Shown here: one piece after another, positions 50,939-63,916 of the stretch | Layout: each line of letters starts with the position of its first letter | Numbering within the stretch: position 1 is the first letter of the stretch | Assembly: GCF_018350175.1 (NCBI RefSeq) | Contig: NC_058368.1 | Location: forward strand, 62,374,001 to 62,438,000 | From: Felis catus | Taxonomy: Eukaryota | Reading direction: 5' to 3' | Length of the DNA: 64,000 nucleotides | Translations under genes and position numbers: made by a program | Notes under the pieces: generated by a model | What the model was told of the DNA's origin: nothing | Database searches by the model: none | The model's input: only the letters and a program-made list of their open reading frames with translations

Positions 50939-53006
50939 TAATGTATAATAGCCTGGATAAAGATACACAGTTTGTATGGAAAATGAGGATGCTTAAAAAA
51001 TTAAATTATTTTAATTTACTTTCTTAGATTTTTTTGAAATAGTAGAAAATAATGTTTAATAAGAGACTAAATTTTCACTTGTTTCCAAAGAATCTATTAC
51101 AGGAATGAATTTCTAGTTTTTAATAGAAAAGAAAGTAATTTTTGAAAACATAGCCAACAAAGGAATAAGTTTGAAATTGGGATAAATGCAGGGTTGCCCT
51201 TTTGAAAATAAACTGAGCTCTGTCTGGGCTCTTTTGATTAACGAGGATAAGTAAGGGCCCTCCACTCAGAGCATAATTTATAGAGTTCCATGATAAAACA
51301 TATTATTCAAGGTCCTACTTGAACTGAAGGTGATTTATTAGACTTGATATAAAACTGTGTTAATGAATCACAGCTAGGTGAAGTCTTGGGGTCTTCAAAA
51401 CTAAGGGTAAATATAACAGAGCTCTAAAATGAAAAGATATATAAATCATCTAATCTCTAATGACAGTTTATGTCCATGAAATGTCTATATGCTCTGCATT
51501 AATTCCTACTTTCATTCTGAAAGCAATATTTTGAGCTTCTAAGAATTGGTTACTATCATAACTGGAATGAATGACTGAATGTATGAAGAACTGAATTAAT
51601 GCAGTTACCTTCCAATCCATTACTGCACTTGTAATTGTAACATGATACGCTCTGATTATGCAAATGTAAAAATACACAAGATACAAGACATGGCTTTCAT
51701 GGAAGCTTGTTTCCTGAAATTTATGGCTGCTTGTTTTTCCCAACTGTGAAACAATCCTTTATAAATAATGGAAGGATGCTATAATGTGGCAAACTTTATA
51801 AGATAAATTATGTGCTAACTGTACTAGTTCTGCTGTTTACTGCCTTCATTCCCTTATTTAACAGGGACTTCTGTTTAATAATAGAAATACAAAACCATTT
51901 AAAAATGGATTTAACTGCAACTATTTAACATAATCTATTGTTGGCATAATTACTCATGGTTTATTACAAATCACATTTAACCTTGAAAAGTGTGGCCAAC
52001 AAAAGATAGTTAATAATTGTATACAAATAACATTTTTCTAACAAAATATAAGTACATAATATTCTCCAAATTTTTCATTGAAAGATAAAGCAACTGCTGT
52101 TTTTGAAGAGCCATGTTACTAATTTGCTTTTTGTTCCCCTAGTTTCTTTAGAGAAATACATGCAGTATATGTGTGGTAATAACCAGTAGGATAGACTAGC
52201 ATGTCATTATTCCCATTGTTTTAGAATGTAAACAATTTTAATCTGTATAGTGGCTACGCAAGATTCCAACTGTGCAAAGAAATTTAGGCACGGTGAAAAA
52301 CCCAGGCCAAATGGATGAACCCATGCAGACATTTTCAAACCTGAGCCAGAATCCAAGGGGGTGTTAGTACCAAATCATCCAATTCACACTTCTAAATATG
52401 ATGTCAGATATTCAGTATTCTTGGCCTTTGTGATAAGTATTCATTCCCATGTTATTGTTGAAGGATTAATTAATCTTATGTTGGTCAATTACTGATTATG
52501 CGTCCATCATATTAAAACTGTTTATGAATATTTTATAAAATAATGACCAAACAACAAAAATCTATGCAAAGGTAAGAATGTTTATATTGTATTCTATAGA
52601 ATTTTCCAAACAACTAACATAACTATCTTGATTTGAAATGCTTATTTTCTCTCCTGATTATCCAAGGTATTGCATAACAGATACTATTCAGATCAATTAT
52701 TTTTTGTTTGTGTGTTTTTGGCCTGTGTTTTACCTCAATCTCCTATTATGCCAGAATTGGAAAATATATTTTAAATTGATACACCCAGAGCTGCACAATT
52801 GATTTGCAGTAAATTTTATACTTTACTCTTCTTGCTTGTGATATCTACATTTAAAATGAAATTTGGAATCTTACTGATAGAATTCATAACTATGGAAATT
52901 GGAAGAAAAGCTATTTTCTAGTTAGGAGTTATAAAAGTTTCCTTCAAATCACATTATATCCTTAATTGTTATTTTGATGATAACAACTAGGTTAATAAGT
53001 GTTTCT

Positions 53007-53230
53007 TTTTTTTTTTTTTTTTTTTTCAACCTTTATTTTATTTTTGGGACAGAGAGAGACAGAGCATGAACGGGGGAGGGGCAGAGAGAGAGGGAGACAC
53101 AGAATCGGAAACAGGCTCCAGGCTCTGAGCCATCAGCCCAGAGCCTGACGCGGGGCTCGAACTCACAGACCGCGAGATCGTGACCTGGCTGAAGTCGGAC
53201 GCTTAACCGACTGCGCCACCCAGGCGCCCC
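53007..53230 (-). mobile_element. Young SINEC_Fc-type SINE, complete
   Basis: CpG-rich, near-identical to the 8355 copy, long pure poly(T) on plus strand, perfect 13-bp TSD aataagtgtttct (52994-53006; 53231-53243). Confidence 0.97.
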
Positions 53231-53934
53231 AATAAGTGTTTCTAACATCCACATATCTCATCTGTTCTCTTTTAAATAATGGCATAAAAAGCCACATTAA
53301 AATATGTTTTTCATATGCATTTTATGATACATATAAATATCATCATATATAAATAGATATAGATACATAGTACATAGATATATCAACAGTTACAATATAA
53401 TGCAGTGTATATTTAATGAAAAACACACTCAGATATTTGGAGAAAATTATTTTACTGTTTTCAAGTACACTTCAGTATTTGTTTATTTAAAATATTTTTG
53501 GTGTGTATCAACTAGTTTTGAAACTGTTTTGAATAGAACAGGAATATACTATGTTAAACCATCTCTTTAGAATGGGTGAATACATACAGAGACACTACTC
53601 TATGCTAAATTTAAATTCCTAAATTAGTAAAATAGAGTAAATGAGCCAAGGAATCTTTATCTCAAAGTGGATCTAGAGACAGAAAAGCAATACAGTCATG
53701 TATTTTCAATTATTACTATAAGCTCAATGAAATGGATTACATTATGAGCTACTAAAATTTTTTCAGGGCATTAGGTTGTCTAAATGCTTTTATTATCAAT
53801 TGAAGAGCAAGTGCCATTTTAAATACAGATATGCCTCAAATTCTCCATCTCTGTTTTAAAGGTTTTTTTTTAATTTTCCCCCTACTTAACTTTTCACTTT
53901 TCTTTGTAGAGATGTACAGACCTTATATGCAAGA

Positions 53935-54030
53935 TAATATATGTATATATACATATGTACATACATATATATGTATATATGTATATATATGTATATATAC
54001 ATATATATGTACATAATATATATACACACA
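53935..54030. repeat. (TA/TG/CA) low-complexity repeat
   Basis: Direct reading. Confidence 0.9.
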
Positions 54031-54348
54031 AGTGATAATGTTCAAATCCTTCAAATTATTTTTTTGAAGTTTAGCTTTCCTGAACTGCTATTTCTGTATT
54101 GTGTACGAATCCCCAAAACAGCTGAAAGTCCCACTTTTTAAATTACAAAGCATTTAAGCATGGAGACACAGAGGTAGCACTTAGCAAAGGGAAAACAGTG
54201 AGCCACATGTGCCTAGAAGAGAGTCTGTCTCAGGTGGACAATGGCCCAAACCAAACAGCAATTAAGCCGAATCTGCCAGGAAGCATTACCAGGCTCCAAC
54301 CACACTGAGTGAGACCAGGTCATGGATGACCTTACCATTAACTTTCTT

Positions 54349-54562
54349 TAAAAAAATGTTTTTTTACATTTATTTATTTTTGAGAGACAGAGAGAGACAG
54401 AGTGTGAGCAGGGGAGGGGCAGAGAGAGAGGGAGACACAGAATCAGAAGCAGGCTCCAGGCTGCCAGCACAGAGCCTGACATGGGGGCCGAAACCACAAA
54501 CTGTGAAATCATGACCTGAGCCAAAGTTGGACACTTAACCGACTGAGCCACCCAGGTGCCCC
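54349..54562 (-). mobile_element. CanSINE
   Basis: 15-bp TSD accattaactttctt at 54334-54348 and 54563-54577. Confidence 0.94.
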
Positions 54563-55114
54563 ACCATTAACTTTCTTGAGATCCTTCTATCTGGTAAACA
54601 CCGGAAAAACAGAGGATTCAAAAGACAGACAACGTAGAATCACATGGCTCCATGGAGACCCAAAGAAACCTCCAAATCATGAAGCAATCTGAGTCCTCAT
54701 TTACCCTATCATCAAGAGACCATCAACTCCATGGAAAGGAGCTATGAACAGTGGTGTTGATGAAACTCTGGGAAATTGAGCATTTTTACTTAGAAATATT
54801 GAGTGTTACTTTAAGGGCTTTACACATAATGGCACTGATGAACTATACTGAATGAAACTACATTACAGTTGTTGATGAATTTTGAAGGAAGACAATCACT
54901 TATAAACAAAGTAGCTTCATTTTCTTACACTTTAGAGTTGTATGTGAATATATTTTATGCCACTACAATATCTGGATATGTATACTTGGCCATACCTTTC
55001 AAATAGCGGCAAAATTAATTTAAATGCTACAGGTGGACTATCATGGCTAGCACATTTCATCATTTAGTAAAGATTCAAATATAAGGAGGTAATTACATGT
55101 GCACAAGCAGTGAC

Positions 55115-55267
55115 TATATTATATATATATTCACTGTATATGTATATATATATATGTATACATGTACATGTATATATATGTATACATGTACATGTATACA
55201 TATATATTCACTATATACATATATATTCACTATATATGTATACATGTACATGTACATATATATATGT
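55115..55267. repeat. Compound (TA/TACATG) low-complexity repeat containing a 36-bp perfect palindrome
   Basis: Motifs atatattcact x3 and tatgtatacatgtacatgta x3; palindrome at 55172-55207. Confidence 0.9.
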
Positions 55268-55755
55268 AATTTTCTTTAGGGCATTAGGTTGTCTAAATGC
55301 TTTTATTATCAATTGAGAAGCAAGTGCCATTTTAAATATAAATATCCCTCAAATTCTCTGTCTCTGTTTAAATATATATCATAGTATTCTGATCCTAATT
55401 CATTATCCCCTTCTTATATATCTTAGAGCTTTCTATACTTGTTAAGAGATATATTAATCCACTTGCAAACTAATGTACATATTTTTCTTTATTCATTGGT
55501 TGCCCAAAAGTTATTTCAAAATATCATATCTTATTCTACTATTTATCATCTCTTCTTTTGAAACATATAAACACTTATTTTCTGTTTTGTATTTATTGCT
55601 AGTAGCTTAATCTAACACCAGAAAATACAAATATTGTACTCAAGCATTCAGAAAATACATATTTAATCATGAATAATTTAAAAAGACTTACACAAGTGGA
55701 ACCTTGCTTCTTGTTTATGAACTTAAACTAATTTAACTTAAAATCTGAAAATGTC

Positions 55756-56686
55756 GGAGAGAGATAGGAAAATGGTGGCGTAGGAGGACGCTGGGCTCAC
55801 CACGTGTCCTGCTGATCACTTAGATTCCACCTACACCTGCCTAAATAACCCAGAAAACCGCCAGAAGACTAGCAGAACGGACTCTCCGGAGCCAAGCACA
55901 GATGAGAGGCCCACAGAAGAGGGTAGGAAGGATGGAGAGGCGGTGCGCACTGCAGGGACTGGCGGGAGGGAGCCAGGGTGGAAGGGCGGCCTGCCGGCCA
56001 AGCAGAGCCCCTGAGTCTGGCTGGCAAAAGCGGAGGGGCTGGACGGAGTGTGTTCCAACAGCAAGCGGGACTTAGCATCTGGGAGGTCATAAGTGAACAG
56101 CTCTAATCAGAAAGCCGGGAGGGCTGGAGGACAAAGGGAGGGAGAGTTGCTGAGCCCCAGGATGACACAGCTCAGTTTGGCAGGGAACAAAGGTGCTCGC
56201 CAGCGCCATCTCCCTCGCCTATCCCCCAGCCAAAATCTAAAAGGGAACCAGTTCCTGCCAGGGAACTTGCTTGCTCTGCGCAAACACCCAACACTGTGCT
56301 TCTGCACAGCCACCCCTCCAGTAGCTGGTCTGACTCCCTCCTACTGCCACAGGGCTCCTCCTGAAGTGGATTACCTAAGGAGAAGCGAGCTAAGCCTGCC
56401 CTTCCTGCCCCTGTGCACCTTGCCTACCCACCCCAGCTAATACGGCAGATCCCCAGCACCACAAGCCTGGCAGTGTGCAAGTAGCCCAGATGGGCCACGC
56501 CACCCCACAGTGAATCCTGCCCCTAGGAGAGGGGAAGAGAAGGAACACACCAGTCTGACTGTGGCCCCAGTGGTGGGCTGGGGGCAGACATCAGGTCTGA
56601 CTACAGCCCGCCCATCAACACAAGTTATTCAAGACAACACAGGGGAAGTGCCCCACAGTCCCACACCACTCCAGGGACTATCCAAA
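55756..56686 (+). promoter_or_regulatory. L1 5'UTR (internal Pol II promoter region)
   Basis: GC-rich segment between the TSD and the ORF1 ATG; promoter function assumed from general L1 biology. Confidence 0.7.
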
Positions 56687-57588
56687 ATGACGAAACAGAA
56701 GAATTCCCCTCAAAAGAATCTCCAGGAAATAACAACAGCTAATGAACTGATCAAAAAGGATTTAAATAATATAACAGAAAGTGAATTTAGAATAATAGTC
56801 ATAAAATTAATCGTTGGGCTTGAAAACAGTATAGAGGACAGCAGAGAATCTATTGCTACAGAGATCAAGGGACTAAGGAACACTCAGGAGGAGCTGAAAA
56901 ACGCTTTAAACGAGATGCAAAAAAAAAAAAAAAATGGAAACAACCACGGCTCAGATTGAAGAGGCAGAGGAGAGAATAGGTGAACTAGAAGATAAAATTA
57001 AGGAAAAAGAGGAAGCTGAGAAAAAGAGAGATAAAAAAAATCCAGGATATGAGGGGAAAATTAGAGAACTAAGTGATACACTAAAAAGAAATAATATACG
57101 CATAATTGGTATCCCAGAGGAGGAAGAGAGAGGGAAAGGTGCTGAAGGGGTACTTGAAGAAATAATAGCTGAGAACTTCCCTGAACTGGGGAAGGAAAAA
57201 GGCATTAAAATCCAAAAGGCACAGAGAACTCCCTTCAGACGTAACTTGAATCGATCTTCTGCATGACATGTCATAGTCAAACTGGCAAAATACAAGGATA
57301 AAGAGAAAATTCTGAAAGCAGGAAGGGATAAACATGCCCTAACATATAAAGGGAGACCTATAAAACTCCTGACTGATCTCTCTTTTGAAACTTGCCAGGC
57401 CAGAAAGGATTGGCACGAGATCTTCAATGTGTTGAACAGAAAAAAATATGCAGCCGAAAATCCTTTATCCAGCAAGTCTGTCATTTAGAATAGAAGGAGA
57501 GATAAAGGTCTTCCCAAACAAACAAAAACTGAAGGAATTCGTCATCACTGAACCAACCCTACAAGAGATCCTAAGGGGGATCCTGTGA
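56687..57588 (+). pseudogene. L1 ORF1p, disrupted
   Basis: MTKQKNSPQK...EFRIIVIKLI; frameshift at the A-run ~56919-56934; RNNIRIIGIPEEEE...IIAENFP; premature TGA at 57264-57266; natural end LRGIL* at 57588. Confidence 0.92.
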
Positions 57589-57638
57589 GACAAAGTACCA
57601 GAGACATCGCTACAAGCATAAAACATACAGACATCACA

Positions 57639-60600
57639 ATGACTCTAAACCGTACCTTTCTATAATAACACTGAATGTAAATGGATTAAACGCACCAACC
57701 AAAAGACATAGGGTATCAGAATGCATAAAAAAACAAGACCCATCTATTTGCTGTCCACAAGAGACTCATTTTAGACCTGAGGACACCTTTAGATTGAGAG
57801 TGAGGGGATGGAGAACTATTTATCATGCGACTGGAAGCCAAAGGAAAGCTGGAGTAGCCATACTTATATCAGACAAACTAGACTTTAAATTAAAGGCTGT
57901 AACAAGAGATGAAGAAGGGCATTATATAATAATTACAGGGTCTATCCATGAGGAAGAACCAACAATTATAAATGTCTATGCACTGAATACGGAAGCCCCC
58001 AAATATATAAAACAATTACTCATAAACATAAGCAACCTTATTGATAAGAATGCGGTCATTGCAGGGGACTTTAACACTCCACTTACAGAAATGGATAGAT
58101 CATCTAGACACACAGTCAATAAGGAAACAAGGGCCCTGTATGGTACATTGGATCAGATGGACTTGACAGATATATTTAGAATTCTGCATCCCAAAGCAGC
58201 AGAATACACTTTCTTCTCGAGTGCACATGGAACATTCTCCAAGATAGATCACATACTGGGTCACAAAACAGCCCTTCATAAGTATACAAGAATTGAAATT
58301 ATACCATGCATACTTTCAGACCACAATGCTATGAAGCTTGAAATCAACCACAGGAAAAAATCTGGAAAACCTCCAAAAGCATGGAGGTTAAAGAACACCC
58401 TACTAAAAACTGAGTGGGTCAACCAGGCAATTATAGAAGAAATTTAAAAATATATGGAAACAAACAAAAATGAAAATACAACAATCCAAACACTTTGGGA
58501 TGCAGCGAAGGCAGTCCTGAGAGGAAAATACATTGCAATCCAGGCCTATCTCAAGAAACAAGAAAAATCCCAAATACAAAATCTAACAGCACACCTAAAG
58601 GAACTAGAGGCAGAACAGCAAAGGCAGCCTAAACCCAGCAGAAGAAGAGAAATAATAAAGATCAGAGCAGAAATAAACAATATAGAATCTAAAAAAACTG
58701 TAGAGCAGATCAACGAAACCAAGAGTTGGTTTTTTGAAAAAATTAACAAAATTGACAAACCTCTAGCCAGGCTTCTCAAAAAGAAAAGGGAGATGACCCA
58801 AATAGATAAAATCATGAAGGAAAATGGAATTATTACAACCAACCCCTCAGAGATACAAACAATTATCAGGGAATACTATGAAAAATTATATGCCAATAAA
58901 TTGGACAACCTGGAAGAAATGGACAAATTCCTCAACACCCACACTCTTCCAAAACTCAATCAGGAGGAAATAGAAAGCTTTAACAGACCCATAACCAGCA
59001 AAGAAACTGAATCAGTTATCAAAAATCTCCCAACAAATAAGAGTCCAGGACTAGATGGTTTCCCAGGGGAGTTCTACCAGACGTTTAAAGCAGAGATAAT
59101 ACCTGTCCTTCTCAAGCTATTCCAAGAAATAGAAAGGGAAGGAAAACTTCCAGACTCATTCTATGAAGCCAGTGTTACTTTGATTCCTAAACCAGACAGA
59201 GACACAGTAAAAAAAGAGAACTACAGGCCAATATCCCTGATGAATATGGATGCAAAAATTGTCCATAAGATACTGGCAAATCGAATTCAACAGCATATAA
59301 AAAGAATTATTCACCATGATCAAGTGGGATTCATTCCTGGGATGCAGGGCTGATTCAACATTCGCAAATCAATCAACGTGATACATCACATTAATAAAAG
59401 AAAAGATAAGAACCATATGACCCTGTCAATCGATGCAGAAAAGGCCTTTGACAAAATTCAGCACCCTTTCTTAATAAAAACCCTCGAGAAAGTTGGGATA
59501 GAAGGAACATACTTAAATATCATAAAAGCCATTTATGAAAAGCCCACAGCTAACATCATCCTCAATGGGGAAAAACTGACACCTTTTTCCCTGAGATCAG
59601 GAACACGACAGGGATGCCCACTCACACCACTGTTGTTTAACATAGTGCTGGAAGTTCTAGCATCAGCAATCAGACAACAAAAGGAAATCAAAGGCATCAA
59701 AATTGGCAAAGATGAAGTCAAGCTTTCACTTTTTGCAGATGACATGATACAATACATGGAAAATCCGATGGACTCCACCAAAACTCTGCTAGAACTGATA
59801 CATGAATTCAGCAAAGTTGCAGGATACAAAATCAATGTACATAAATCAGTTGCATTCTTATACACTAACAATGAAGCAACAGAAGGACAAATAAAGAAAC
59901 TGATCCCATTCACAATTGCACCAAGAAGCATAAAATACCTAGGAATAAATCTAACCAAAGATGTAAAAGATGTGCATGCTGAAAACTATAGAAAACTGAT
60001 GAAGGTAACTGAAGAAGATATAAAGAAATGGAAAGACATTCCCTGCTCATGGATTGGAAGAATAAATATTGTCAAAATGTCAATACTACCCAAAGCTATC
60101 TACACATTCAATGCAATCCCAATCAAAATTGCACCAGCATTCTTCTCGAAACTAGAACAAGCAATCCTAAAATTCATATGGAACCACAAAAGGCCCCAAA
60201 TAGCCAAAGTAATTTTGAAGAAGACCAAAGCAGGAGGCATCACAATCCCAGACTTTAGCATCTACTACAAAGCTGTCATCATCAAGACAGTATGGTACTG
60301 CCACAAAAACAGACACATAGACCAATGGAATAGAATAGAAACCCCAGAACTAGACCCACAAACGTATGGCCAACTAATCTTTGACAAAGCAGGAAAGAAT
60401 ATCCAATGGAAAAAAGACAGTCTCTTTAACAAATGGTGCTGGGAGAACTGGACAGCAACATGTAGAAGGTTGAAACTAGACCACTTTCTCACACCATTCA
60501 CAAAAATAAACTCAAAACGGATAAAGGACCTGAATGTGAGACAGGAAACCATCAAAACCCTAGAGGAGAAAGCAGGAAAAGACCTCTCTGACCTCAGCCT

Positions 60601-61458
60601 TAGCAATCTCTTACTCGACACATCTCCAAAGGCAAGGGAATTAAAAGCAAAAATGAATTACTGGGACCTTATGAAGATAAAAAACTTCTGCACAGCAAAG
60701 GAAACAACCAACAAAACTAAAAGGCAACCAACAGAATGGGAAAAGATATTTGCAAATGACATATCAGACAAAGGGCTAGTATCCAAAATCTATAAAGAGC
60801 TCACCAAACTCCACACCCGAAAAACAAATAATCCAGTGAAGAAATGGGCAGAAAACATGAATAGACACTTCTCTAATGAAGACATCCAGATGGCCAACAG
60901 GCACATGAAAAGATGCTCAACGTCGCTCCTTATCAGGGAAATACAAATCAAAACCACACTCAGATATCACCTCACGCCAGTCAGAGCGGCCAAAATGAAC
61001 AAATCAGGAGACTATAGATGCTGGCGAGGTTGTGGAGAAATGGGAACCCTCTTGCACTGTTGGTGGGAATGCAAACTGGTGCAGCCACTCTGGAAAACAG
61101 TGTGGAGGTTCCTCAAAAAATTGAAAATAGACCTACCCTATGACCCAGCAATAGCACTGCTAGGAATTTACCCAAGGGATACAGGAGTGCTGATACATAG
61201 GGGCACTTGTACCCCAATGTTTATAGCTGCACTCTCAACAATAGCCAAATTATGGAAAGAGCCTAAATGTCCATCAACTGATGAATGGATAAAGAAATTG
61301 TGATTTATATACACAATGGAGTACTACATGGCAATGAGAAGAACGAAATATGGCCGTTTGTAGCAACGTGGATGGAACTGGAGAGTGTGATGCTAAGTGA
61401 AATAAGCCATACAGAGAAAGACAGATACCATATGTTTTCACTCCTATGTGGATCCTGA
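57639..61458 (+). pseudogene. L1 ORF2p (APE endonuclease, reverse transcriptase, C-terminal Cys-rich domain), disrupted
   Basis: Endonuclease motifs GDFNTPL and SDHN; RT motifs GTRQGCPL and LFADDM; HCWWEC; in-frame stops ending at 58447, 59353 and 61303, plus frameshifts near the start and the end. Confidence 0.95.
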
Positions 61459-61570
61459 GAAATTAACAGAAACCCATGGGGGAGGGGAAGGAAAAGAAAA
61501 AAGAGGTTAGAGTGGGAGAGAGCCAAAGCATAAGAGACTCTTAAAAACTGGGAACAAACTGAGGGTTGAT

Positions 61571-61604
61571 GGGGGATGGGAGGGAGGGGAGGGTGGGTGA
61601 TGGG
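61571..61604 (+). other. G-tract cluster in the L1 3'UTR (G-quadruplex-capable)
   Basis: gggggatgggagggaggggagggtgggtgatggg; a G-rich tract is a known feature of mammalian L1 3'UTRs. Confidence 0.7.
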
Positions 61605-61970
61605 CATTGAGGAGGGCACCTTTTGGGATGAGCACTGGGTGTTGTATCGAAACCAATTTGACAATAAATGTCATATATTGAAAAAAAAATCAGAAAATGT
61701 CTTCATTGCTGCTGTATATGAAAACTTTTGAGTATATGGCATAATAAGGGCAGGCAGTAGCAGTACTATCTTATCAACAGTATAGCCATTCTCCAGAGAT
61801 GACGAGTAACAAGCACACATATTTACCTGCACATGTACATGTGGCCTATAAAATACAGAAATCTAAGTCATTATATCATGTATCTATCCAATAAGTAATT
61901 GAACACTGTACAAAGTAAAGAGGAAAATGAAAGAATATGGTCCTGTTATTTAAGAAGTTCCCAGTTTATT

Positions 61971-62193
61971 GGGACACCTGGGTGGCTCAGACCGTTGAGC
62001 ATTCGACTTCGGCTCAGGTCATGATCTCACAGTTCGTGGTTCATGTCCCGCATCAGGCTCTGTGCTGACAGCTTGCTCAGAGCCTGCAGCCTGCTTCAGA
62101 TTCTGTGTTTCCTTCTCTCTCTGCCCCTTCTCCACTCGTGCTCTGTCTCTTCTCTGTCTCTCAAAAATAAATAAATGTTATTTTTTTAAATAA
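61971..62193 (+). mobile_element. CanSINE
   Basis: 17-bp TSD aagaagttc(c/a)cagttta at 61952-61968 and 62194-62210. Confidence 0.93.
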
Positions 62194-63916
62194 AAGAAGT
62201 TCACAGTTTACTTACAAAGCAGAGATATATATTTATAGGACATAGTAGAAAATGATGTATGAAATTATGAAATAAAGAACAAGTTGTTGGAGTTGCAGGA
62301 TTTCAAAGAATAATAAAGTAAAACTGTAAGGGGGATAAATAAGCATAATGGGTAACATGGTTTATCTCTTATCTCACTTTTTCTTTATAGATAACTGAAG
62401 GTTCTGTACATGTGCTCTTCCCTTCTCCTATTAACACAGCCCTCCTTCTTGCTTAGTGATTATTCCAACTAAGTAACTTATTACATCTTAAACCATCTGT
62501 ATCCTTTAGATGTTTGCTCTGTCAGTACAAGGACTGTTAGTGTCAAGGAGCTGGAGTAGGAAGGTCAGTATTGTTTCTGTCGATAATCTTTCTGATTGCA
62601 TCTTTAACACACATTTTTATTAACACTTTATGACACTTAATAAATGTCATTATTTTTAAATAAATGCCATTATACAATAAATGGCTTAAATAAAGCCATT
62701 ATTTTTCTCTTAAAAATATATGTAAAGTATAACTTAGGCTTTTGGACAGTAGTCTCCCTATTCTATTCTCATTAAGGATCTTTTACAAAATTCTCTGACT
62801 AGGCAAGTGTTCAGTTCAAAAGATTTTATATAATATAAATCTTATCAAGCATTCATATTGTAAAATATAATTTGGGGAAAGAAAATTGTACCTATTTCAG
62901 AGTCAGTTAACAATCATAAAATGGAGATGAAGGAATAGAATCATATCAATCACATATCTTTCCTTTGAAGACAGTTAAGATATGTCATAATAATCTCAAT
63001 GAGCAGCGAAATTGCACCCATATGTATCTCAAAGAGTTATATGATTCCAAGTTATATATGTTAATTAGCGGGTAAAATATTCTGAGACCAATTAAAGAAA
63101 AATAATTACAGAACCAAATATTTACATAACATTAACCGAACAAAAAATATTTTGGGGCTTAAGAATCTTAACTTTCTCCTTTAATTCAAGGGCTAACACT
63201 TTAGAACATTAACTACATGTTTTAAAGTAAGAAATACTTCTTAATATAAATGTATAATTTATGGACATTTCAGCCTTGCTTGTACTTTCCAATTTCTTCC
63301 ATCTATAAATTTTGTATAATAATTTCCCAACTGAAAACAACCATAGCCTAGTTTTTCATAGTAGTAAATACATCATTCTGGTCATTGTCAAATTGTTCTT
63401 TTATATTTATGCTTATTTGAAGTCATCTTATGATATTTTAATTGAAGTTTGACTATACAGGTATTTTTGCCCTAGATAAGGAACATAAAATATTAATGTA
63501 AAAAGTCTTATTTTTTCTGGAGTCATTTGAGTGGCGTTGTGATTTAAGGTCTGTACTTCTCTACTTGTAGGGAAATAAAGTTATTCCAAATGATTTAGCT
63601 GAATTTAGATGAGGAAAACAATGAAGCCAAAAAACTTATGCGTAATTTATATATTATGAGAAGTTTTATACTGAATTATGTAATTTTTAGAAAACAAATT
63701 TATTCACTCAATTCTCAAAAAATTAAAACTTCAACACACAAGTCCACTGACAAGAAATAGTACACTTAGTTTGGAACAAAACATAACATTTAAAATGTTG
63801 TGTGGGTTTACTGGCTTCAGTTAAGTCAGTGTTAAATATTTTGAGCAAATTAATTATTTGCTGATCTCAGTTACTTTGCATAAAATGCTGTCCATCATAT
63901 ACAGATTATGATGGTT

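Larger units (their letters stand above)
55756..61685 (+). mobile_element. Full-length felid LINE-1 (~5.9 kb), inactivated
   Basis: 5'UTR, ORF1, ORF2, G-rich 3'UTR, short A tail; 16-bp TSD aaaatc(t/a)gaaaatgtc at 55740-55755 and 61686-61701 at a TT/AAAA site. Confidence 0.98.

Noticed and set aside
54159..54308. 49-codon open stretch (HGDTEVALSKGK...) as a possible processed pseudogene
   Set aside because: No recognisable protein similarity, poly(A) or TSD
56951..60621. Antisense ORFs inside L1 (177, 141 and 118 aa)
   Set aside because: Shadow frames of L1 ORF1/ORF2; the same peptide recurs in the other L1 copy at 37811
59351..61303. Two TGG to TGA stops in ORF2 suggesting APOBEC3 editing
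   Set aside because: Only two events and no visible excess of G-to-A changes; neutral decay is sufficient
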